Origin: Parcubacteria group bacterium M6-OD1-4
GTDB taxonomy: Bacteria; Patescibacteriota; Patescibacteriia; Patescibacteriales; UBA12465
Reading direction: 5' to 3'
DNA length: 64,000 nt
Assembly: GCA_003056205.1 (NCBI GenBank)
Contig: LSNS01000004.1
Location: 188,630 to 252,629 of the forward strand
Of the stretch, positions 43,996 through 51,628 are shown piece after piece. A model generated the notes under the pieces. The model saw only the letters and a list, made by a program, of their open reading frames with translations, was not told the DNA's origin and made no database searches. Position numbers and translations under genes: made by a program. The stretch's first letter is position 1. Every line of letters starts with the position of its first letter.

Positions 43996-46995
43996 TTAAT
44001 TATAAGGTGGTCCTGTATTATTATAAGTATTAATAGTAGTTATATTACCCTGACTATCTAAACCGAAGACGTGCCAATAACAACTAGTTTGAGTCGGATT
44101 AGCATGATAAACTTTAGTAATCCCGTTATGACTATCATAAATAGTAACTGTCGTAGTCCCGAAAGGTATCTCGGAAGAACCATAACCACAAGCGGAATAA
44201 TTAAAAACATCATATTTATAATTATTAGCAATATATTTTTGAATTCTAATATTCTCTGGACCATAACCACTCTGAACATCAATATCAAGACTAGAAGAAG
44301 CAACATTATGATTTTGATACCAAACATGGTAGCTAGTACCAAAAGTTAAATGAGAATCTAAATCTCGAGGCGAAGCACCCCAAGTTAAACTAATCTTATT
44401 AGTTCCCTGGTAACTCGGGGTAGACATAATAAAATTAATAATTTTGCTAAGTCGGGGATCAAAACTTTGGATAGTGTTGTCATAACCATATAAAGAAGCA
44501 GTTGCCGTGTAAGAGCCAGAATAAGAAGGACTGACAGGAGGAATCGTCAATGAATACTTCCCTTGCGAATCAGTAGTAGTTTGCGTAATAATATTTCCCT
44601 GGCCGCCAACTACTATTTTAACTCCAGGAAGAGTTTTGCTCGGATGAGCATAATAAGCATAACTATTCACCGTTCCAGTAATAATTACAGCTTCAGGATT
44701 ATCAGCGCATGCTCCACAATCTTGGGCACAACTATTACAAGTCTCCAAAGACTTATTGCTAGCACTCAAGGCCTGGCAATAGCCGTCACCACAATAACCG
44801 CCACCTTGTAACGGTGAAGAAAAAATACATTGGTCATTGGTTAAAATAGGATAAGGGGTTTGAGCGCCGACACCAGTCTGACAAGCATATTGTAGGTGAA
44901 CATTACTCAAAGTGGGATTGGCAGTAATTCCGCTCAGACCATCACAAGATTCATTACCATCATTATTAAAGCCACCAGAACCTTCAGAATTTGGAGCTTC
45001 TTTTCGTCCGTCACCACAATAAGTATTTACTGTTAATTTAAAACGATAAACAGCTTGAGCTTTATATTGATTTGTCGCCTGAATTGTAATTGGAAAACTG
45101 CCCGCCACAGTTGGAGTCCCAGTAAGACCGGAATCACTAATACTTAATCCAGCGGGCAAACCACTGGCAGAATAAGTAACTTTATTAATCAGAGGAAATG
45201 AGCAATTATAGACATTACTAATACGGGTTATTGTTGAGCAATTAATATTTAAACCTAAATGACTAGGAATAATTTTTAGACTAAAATCTTTGGTAACGGA
45301 ATTGCCATCAGCATCAGTAACTCGGATTCGATAAGTGAAATTTGCCCCTGATGATAATTTACTAATTGGTAATTGTTTTGCCTGATAAGTAATCTGATAA
45401 CGATAATTTCCTGTTGAACTAATAGTTCTCGTTAAACTAGACAAAAGATTAAATCCAGCTGGACCAGTTAATTGAGAAACGTAATAAGTATTTGGCTGAG
45501 AACTAGTAGTATACCGTGGTACAGATTTTAAAGCTCTTCCAGAAATAGAAAAATGATAACTAAATGGTAGATTAGAATCTAGAGCATATTCTCCATTACT
45601 GGCAGTGATAATTAATGATGAACTTAAAATAGTGATGGGTGTAACGGTTGATAAAGTTCCCCCACGACCATCTTTAACAGTTAAGAGCATCTGATAAGCT
45701 CCAGCGTTTCCAGCCGTCTCTGCAAAAACATTTTTTTGATTAAGACTACTAGTATTCTTCAAAATTGGCCAATGATTCTTTTGGCCAGCACTATTCCAAC
45801 CCGTCCAATTAGTAGTTACGGGACTAAGCGACCATGATAATGGATCGTGATTAGCATCTTGAACTTGAATAAAGCCATTAAATTCTTGACCAGTTTGACC
45901 AGTTAAAAATTTATTAACTAACACTGGTGGAATATTAGAACTTGTTCCCCCAGAAATAATTCCAGTGTCAATCACACACGCTGAACCTTGAGGATTAAGT
46001 GGATAAAAATTATAATTTAAGGCTTTAGTTTCTAAGCTGGCACATAAATTATAATCAGAACCAGTGCCATTGGAGGCATAAGCAAAAGCATAACTCCCAC
46101 GTGGTAAAATTAGAGTAGAATTACTGGGATTAGAAAAAAACTTTTTTGTTTGAGGGTTCCAACAAGTACTGGAATTATAACCAGTACAAGCCCCGAGATG
46201 ATTAATAGGATCAACTAAGCTCGGAGAAACCGCTAAATCAGAGAGAAGAACTTTTGACCAGCTGGGCCAAAGAGAAACAGAATTATGGGGTAAATAAGTA
46301 CCAGCTGACAAAAGAGGATAATGCTGATTTGTTAATTTAAAATTATTCAAGGCAATTTTAAGTTCAGTTAGAAGACCAACTCGTCGGACATCACGAGTAA
46401 CTTGAGATTTTAAACTATTACAGAAGAAACCCGTTGAACAGTCAGCATCACTTAAACAATCCTTAGGGGTTTTTAGTATACAAGTACTGGAAGCAGCTCC
46501 ACTAGTAGCACAATACTGGCCGGAAGAACAATCTGAATTACTAGTACAATTGAAAGTGGAGATAGAACAAGTCGCCGGAGCATTAAGAATATTAGAAGAT
46601 AGATTATTATTAAATTTCCAATGGGAAATAATTTGCCCTAAAATATCAACTGTCTTAGGGGCGGGATTCTGATTATAGGAAATTAAATAAATATTGGTAT
46701 AAATGATTTTGGTAGTCGGATTAACATTGGCCGCATTAACATAAACCGTGCGACCATCACGAATAGCTTGATAACCATCCACAACTAGAGATTGAGGCGA
46801 CCCCTGGAAACCTTGATTGGCATACCAACGATCAATACTATAGTGATTAGGATTGGGAATAATTCGTACCGCAATAGCGTCGGGGCTAGCGATAATACTG
46901 GCAGATTGAGCTCGAGAATACTGTCGCCAACTAAATAAAAAAACAAAAACTAAAATTATAGTAAAGAGTAAAAATTTTTTATTTTTGTTAATCAT
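43996..46995 (-). CDS. Large secreted cysteine-rich multidomain protein (Ig-like, carboxypeptidase-regulatory-like and DUF2135/YfaP-like segments)
   Basis: 999 aa with a signal peptide. It has a 'putative Ig' pattern (GLPAGLSISDSGLTGTPTVAGSFPITIQATN) and a CarboxypepD_reg-like pattern (ITGTV...LPGVKIVV...TTDSQGKYSL). The C-terminus (PRDLDSHL...LDIDVQSGYGPENI) recalls DUF2135. These are motif-level calls only. Confidence 0.7.
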   Translation of the reverse strand: MINKNKKFLLFTIILVFVFLFSWRQYSRAQSASIIASPDAIAVRIIPNPNHYSIDRWYANQGFQGSPQSLVVDGYQAIRDGRTVYVNAANVNPTTKIIYTNIYLISYNQNPAPKTVDILGQIISHWKFNNNLSSNILNAPATCSISTFNCTSNSDCSSGQYCATSGAASSTCILKTPKDCLSDADCSTGFFCNSLKSQVTRDVRRVGLLTELKIALNNFKLTNQHYPLLSAGTYLPHNSVSLWPSWSKVLLSDLAVSPSLVDPINHLGACTGYNSSTCWNPQTKKFFSNPSNSTLILPRGSYAFAYASNGTGSDYNLCASLETKALNYNFYPLNPQGSACVIDTGIISGGTSSNIPPVLVNKFLTGQTGQEFNGFIQVQDANHDPLSWSLSPVTTNWTGWNSAGQKNHWPILKNTSSLNQKNVFAETAGNAGAYQMLLTVKDGRGGTLSTVTPITILSSSLIITASNGEYALDSNLPFSYHFSISGRALKSVPRYTTSSQPNTYYVSQLTGPAGFNLLSSLTRTISSTGNYRYQITYQAKQLPISKLSSGANFTYRIRVTDADGNSVTKDFSLKIIPSHLGLNINCSTITRISNVYNCSFPLINKVTYSASGLPAGLSISDSGLTGTPTVAGSFPITIQATNQYKAQAVYRFKLTVNTYCGDGRKEAPNSEGSGGFNNDGNESCDGLSGITANPTLSNVHLQYACQTGVGAQTPYPILTNDQCIFSSPLQGGGYCGDGYCQALSASNKSLETCNSCAQDCGACADNPEAVIITGTVNSYAYYAHPSKTLPGVKIVVGGQGNIITQTTTDSQGKYSLTIPPVSPSYSGSYTATASLYGYDNTIQSFDPRLSKIINFIMSTPSYQGTNKISLTWGASPRDLDSHLTFGTSYHVWYQNHNVASSSLDIDVQSGYGPENIRIQKYIANNYKYDVFNYSACGYGSSEIPFGTTTVTIYDSHNGITKVYHANPTQTSCYWHVFGLDSQGNITTINTYNNTGPPYN

Positions 46996-47037
46996 ATATA
47001 AATATTTAAAAATACCAAAACATTTTATATTCTAAAA

Positions 47038-50000
47038 CTAGGGAGTACACTTTAATTTTGTCCAAACTGTTGAGCTCGGATAAGCAGAATCTAGCGACAT
47101 TACACAAGTTAATTCCCCACTCTGAATACTTTCGTTATGGGAACTATCAAAGGCGGAAACTGTAAAATAATTATTACCCAGAGAGAATTTATTAGTTGGC
47201 AAACTGAGACTCGTACTAGAAGCTTGGGAATCGAAAGATTCGCCATATTTTCCAGAAATAATTCCATGATATAAACGATAAAAACTCACGCCATTAGTAC
47301 TAGTTGCCCAAGAAAATTTAATAGTCGAAGTAGGACTGATTATGGCCTGTAAATTAGTTGGCACACTCGGAGGTGTTTGATCGCTTGGAATGGCAGTGAC
47401 TACTGGCGATAAAGCACTTTCTGTCTTGTCAGTCGAAATAACACTAATCTGAAAGTTATAGGATACTCCATTACTTAAACCACCAATACTAGTCTGACAA
47501 TTATTAGTTTTTACTCCCAGTTGACAAACTTTAGTGGCCAAGACCTCTTGAGAACTAGTAGCTCCTTGACTAGGTGATGAATAATAAATTTTATAAGAAT
47601 AAACTTTATTGGCATTAGATTGCCAATTAAGTTTAATTAGCCCCCCAGTTAATTGGTCGCTAGCATTAGTAATTGTCGCCCCACTAAGAATTGGAGCCCG
47701 GAAAAAATAAGATTGTTTGAGAAGCCCCCAAGTACAAATTCCAGTTTGTTGCCCATTGCTATTGTTTGAACCACAAGCCTCACCGACTGTTTGACAAGTT
47801 TGGTGGTTAGAACTACAAACTAAGGTTGCTGATCGTCCCAAAGTTAGGGGCTGACTATTTAAAGCTGGTAAATTATCACTAGTCCCCGAAGAACCCTGGT
47901 CCCGACAATAATAGAATTGATAATTATAATTAGCGGAGTTAGTGCCTTGAGAAGTATCCGTCCAAGGAGCCCAAGTTCCACTAACTAAATTAACTGGTGG
48001 CCAAGGATTATTACAAATAAAAACATAAATATTGGCGGAAGTATTAAAACCATTCCCACCCGAATAAGTATTGCAATCACTGGTACATTTTGGACTAATA
48101 AAATTATTCATATCAACTGTCGCCGTGAGTTTGGTTTGGGCATCAGTTATTCCTGGATTAGCTCGTACAAAAACTTCATTAGCGGGTAAATTAGGGACCG
48201 AGCTTATTGTCGCAATACGAGGCACAGTATTATCCAAAGAAAATTTCCAAGTCCAGTTATAACCAATAACTGGTTGGAGAATTTGTTTATCAATACTATA
48301 AGCAGTCGCGGTAAAAACTTTATCACTATCGGCAACCGTATCAAAGCTGGAATTACTAAGAGCGGCATTAGCATCATTTTCTTGAGACTGTAAAGCGTTA
48401 TTAGTAGTATTAAATAAATAGGAAGAAGGGGTAAGAGTAACATGATTCACTGCACAAATTCCATTCATTGGTCCTTGGGCTGATAAGGTAGAAAACTTAA
48501 TAATTTGAGAATTAGCGTAGTAATTATTATTAAATCTAATTAATTTTCCTGAAATATAAGTAGCTGTGGTGGGGTTAAAATAACCAGGACCCACAAAACC
48601 AATATCTTTAAAATTCAAAATGCCCGTTTTATTATTTAAGCTTTCATCACCTTTAACTACTACATAATAAGTGGCTGTTGGATCCAATATTTTCTTTGGT
48701 CTGAAAACTAAAGAGCTATTTTGACCATGATTTTCGTTATAAACCATCCCCGGGATAGAACAATAAAGACTATTAGAATTTGGACCGGCAGCAAATACTG
48801 AACTAGATAAATTACCAGTTAAAAATGCTAAAGTTCGACGAAATCGTTGTTCTACCTTTTGCCACCAAGTTTGTGGGTCTGAATTTAATTCACTAATTAA
48901 AGAATTATTAGTAACTAGAAAAGTTCCTGATGGACAAACTCCATTTTTATAATCTTTGGCTTCTAATAATAAGAAATTCTGCGCATAACTAGAACTATCT
49001 AAACGCTGATTAAAATTAATTTTCACTAGAGTATTCCGGCAAACATTAACAGCTAAATGTTTAGGAGAAGTAGAAACAATTTTCGGTCGGACTATAGTTG
49101 ACGAAGTACTCGTGCTATTACATTTTAGTAGACAAGAACTAACATTACTATAAGTCCCAGTTGCTGATGGCGTAGAAGTAGCACATAAGTCAGAATTAGT
49201 AGCAGGTGGTGGTAATTTACAACTATAATAAGCACAATAACCATTATTAGTAGAGACTGCGCTATCAATTATCTGATTACCAGACCGACATTTTGCTCCG
49301 CCAGTAGCTTGAGAATCAAAACAACAACGAGTATCTGCCTGACAATCATTTAAGGTAGTAAAACTACCGCAGGCTGGTTGAACGGGGCAACGATTATTAC
49401 AAACATCAAGAGTTTTATAATTTCCTTTTTTAACTGGGGTACTGGTAGCACATTGGGAAGGATTAGCTAGAGAACAATTATAATAAGCACAATAACCTTT
49501 GTCGCTGGAACCAGTAATTTGGCTGCCAGACCGACATTTCGCTCCGCCAGTAGCTTCAGCATCAAAACAACAACCAGTATTCGCTTGACAGGCATTTAAA
49601 TTAGTAAAAGCAGTACAAGGATCAGACGGTGGTGGTGGCGGCGGAGAGATAATTCCAAAACCAGTATTAAAACTCCATTCAAAAACTGAAGTCGGAATAT
49701 TAATCAAACAATCTTGCAAAGTATTAACACAACGACCATGTTGATAAGTATTTTGAGCACAACAAACTTGAGTACCACTACAATCACTATTAATCGTACA
49801 GGAACCGATATTAAAATTAAGAGTATTGCCCCAAGCACTATTTTTTACAACTTTCACAGGACCTGTTAGGGCTTTATTGGGGACTTTAGTTTTAATTAAA
49901 TCCGCTTGGCCACTTTGCTGAATAGTTCCGGTCGCATTTTCATTAGGGTTGAACTTGACCAAACCATTACTATTAACGGCCCCAAAATATTCTCCCCAAA

Positions 50001-51564
50001 GAGTCACTGGAGTGCCCACGGGACCATTTTGAGGATCTATTTTACATAAACTAGTTTGTAGCGCTGAATTTTTATCAAATTTAAAAGCACGAGGATTTAA
50101 AATATTAGTATTAATAATATCTTTACCTAAATTAATACTAATGGGATAAGAACCATTGGCTAGACCAGTAGGAACTTTTACAATAATCTGATTATTAGTC
50201 CAAACAGAATTTAAACAAACTGTTGGAAAATTATAACTAGCTTCTACTTTTCCAAAATAAACTTGAGTTTTACCCCGTTGCTGACCGAAACCACTGCCTT
50301 GAATGGTGATATATTGACCAGTATTGCCAGTAGTCGGGGAGAAACTTGAAATAAAGGCCCCTGACCCTGGTTCGGCTTGTTTAGTAAATAGTAAATAATT
50401 ACTTTTTTCTAATGAACCATTAATTTTGGTTTGTACAAAGCTACTGGAAATTCCCGTTTTAATATTAGGAATTGTTGAACTACCAGTTAAACCAGCAGGG
50501 CTTAGAAAAGAAGATTGCAAAGCTTGAATATTATTCTGATAATTACCGAAATAAGCCGAAGCTGAATGTAAATTAACTCCTAAATATCCCACCGAGGAAC
50601 TCAGGGTTCCTTGGCTAGGACTAAGTTGACATAAACCAGGACGCAGAATTTTATTTACTTGAAAATCTGGAATTTTCGGACCATAAGAATCATTACTTAA
50701 GTCAGAAGAACCATTTTGATTAATAACTTTAAGAGGACCAGTAGTTGCTCCTTTAGGAACCGCAATAATTATTTGATTTGTCTTCCAAGAATTAACACAG
50801 GCTGGATTTAAATTATTAACTTGATTAGCAAGAACTGGCTTTCCTTGTCCAACAAAAACAACTTTGCTACTCGTGGCTGAATAAGTCCCAAAATTTTGCC
50901 CAGAAATAGTAATAAAATTATCAACTGTGCCATTGGGAGTTACTAAATTACAGCTTCCTGAAGAACACTGGCTATTAGTAGAGCAAGATTTATCTAAATT
51001 ATTAGTGCAAAATCCACCAGCGGGACTAATTATTTGAATTACGGGATGACCACTACTAGCCTGACAATTTGGGTTAGGATTAGTAGCACAATTATTAGGA
51101 ACACCTCCGCCGCCACCGCCAGTACAATCAGTACCAACACAAGTACCAAAGCCGTTGCCATTACCATTCCCATTATTTCCACCATTACCACCATTCATCG
51201 CCCCACCCAATTTAGAGATTAAAAAGGTGGCAATCCCCCAAGAAGCCAAAATAATAACTAAACCAATAATTCCATTTTTTAAGATTTTCTTTGCCGTTTC
51301 TATTTTTTCTTCATTACCATTAGAAGTTAACCAAATAAACCCAGCATAAGCAATAAAACCCACAGCGATTACTCCTAAAAATCCTAAAGCAATATTCACA
51401 ATTCGACCTAATAAAATTCGCGGATCAACACTAGTTAATGATCCACCTAAACCATTATTAACAGCATTCAAACCAAGCCCTTGTGCAAATACAAAATTAG
51501 CAACAAAGAGTCCACCAATTAATAGACTAAATACTAATAAATTTTTAATAATTTTTCTAATCAC
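47038..51564 (-). CDS. Giant (1508 aa) surface protein: VirB2/TrbC-like pilin-type N-terminal hairpin fused to IPT/TIG-like, Cys-rich, Big_5-like and fibronectin-III-like domains
   Basis: It has a signal peptide and two hydrophobic helices flanking WLTSNGNEEKIETAKKILKNG, followed by a G/N low-complexity stretch. There are three IPT/TIG-like units (ITISGQNFG, ITIQGSGFG, VTLWGEYFG), a PPPPPP hinge and two tandem Cys-rich modules. The C-terminus has FN3-like units (PPSVPTNLQA...). Confidence 0.75.
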   Translation of the reverse strand: MIRKIIKNLLVFSLLIGGLFVANFVFAQGLGLNAVNNGLGGSLTSVDPRILLGRIVNIALGFLGVIAVGFIAYAGFIWLTSNGNEEKIETAKKILKNGIIGLVIILASWGIATFLISKLGGAMNGGNGGNNGNGNGNGFGTCVGTDCTGGGGGGVPNNCATNPNPNCQASSGHPVIQIISPAGGFCTNNLDKSCSTNSQCSSGSCNLVTPNGTVDNFITISGQNFGTYSATSSKVVFVGQGKPVLANQVNNLNPACVNSWKTNQIIIAVPKGATTGPLKVINQNGSSDLSNDSYGPKIPDFQVNKILRPGLCQLSPSQGTLSSSVGYLGVNLHSASAYFGNYQNNIQALQSSFLSPAGLTGSSTIPNIKTGISSSFVQTKINGSLEKSNYLLFTKQAEPGSGAFISSFSPTTGNTGQYITIQGSGFGQQRGKTQVYFGKVEASYNFPTVCLNSVWTNNQIIVKVPTGLANGSYPISINLGKDIINTNILNPRAFKFDKNSALQTSLCKIDPQNGPVGTPVTLWGEYFGAVNSNGLVKFNPNENATGTIQQSGQADLIKTKVPNKALTGPVKVVKNSAWGNTLNFNIGSCTINSDCSGTQVCCAQNTYQHGRCVNTLQDCLINIPTSVFEWSFNTGFGIISPPPPPPSDPCTAFTNLNACQANTGCCFDAEATGGAKCRSGSQITGSSDKGYCAYYNCSLANPSQCATSTPVKKGNYKTLDVCNNRCPVQPACGSFTTLNDCQADTRCCFDSQATGGAKCRSGNQIIDSAVSTNNGYCAYYSCKLPPPATNSDLCATSTPSATGTYSNVSSCLLKCNSTSTSSTIVRPKIVSTSPKHLAVNVCRNTLVKINFNQRLDSSSYAQNFLLLEAKDYKNGVCPSGTFLVTNNSLISELNSDPQTWWQKVEQRFRRTLAFLTGNLSSSVFAAGPNSNSLYCSIPGMVYNENHGQNSSLVFRPKKILDPTATYYVVVKGDESLNNKTGILNFKDIGFVGPGYFNPTTATYISGKLIRFNNNYYANSQIIKFSTLSAQGPMNGICAVNHVTLTPSSYLFNTTNNALQSQENDANAALSNSSFDTVADSDKVFTATAYSIDKQILQPVIGYNWTWKFSLDNTVPRIATISSVPNLPANEVFVRANPGITDAQTKLTATVDMNNFISPKCTSDCNTYSGGNGFNTSANIYVFICNNPWPPVNLVSGTWAPWTDTSQGTNSANYNYQFYYCRDQGSSGTSDNLPALNSQPLTLGRSATLVCSSNHQTCQTVGEACGSNNSNGQQTGICTWGLLKQSYFFRAPILSGATITNASDQLTGGLIKLNWQSNANKVYSYKIYYSSPSQGATSSQEVLATKVCQLGVKTNNCQTSIGGLSNGVSYNFQISVISTDKTESALSPVVTAIPSDQTPPSVPTNLQAIISPTSTIKFSWATSTNGVSFYRLYHGIISGKYGESFDSQASSTSLSLPTNKFSLGNNYFTVSAFDSSHNESIQSGELTCVMSLDSAYPSSTVWTKLKCTP
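49120..49620 (-). repeat. In-frame tandem duplication of an ~81-86-aa cysteine-rich module inside the 1508-aa gene
   Basis: Copy 1 (49378-49620) reads PCTAFTNLNACQANTGCCFDAEATGGAKCRSGSQ...GYCAYYNC. Copy 2 (49120-49377) reads PACGSFTTLNDCQADTRCCFDSQATGGAKCRSGNQ...GYCAYYSC. The two share near-identical nucleotide stretches (ccagaccgacattt.gctccgccagtagctt.ag.atcaaaacaaca). Confidence 0.85.
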
Positions 51565-51628
51565 AAAGTTTAAATTTTTATTATGTTTTCTATTATCTTA
51601 TTTCTAATTTTCCTAATTATTTAATAAT

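Noticed and set aside
49120-49620. Tandem near-identical segments as a diversity-generating retroelement template/variable repeat pair.
   Set aside because: Both copies are in-frame coding modules of the same protein. The differences are not visibly adenine-specific. No reverse transcriptase or accessory gene is present in the window.
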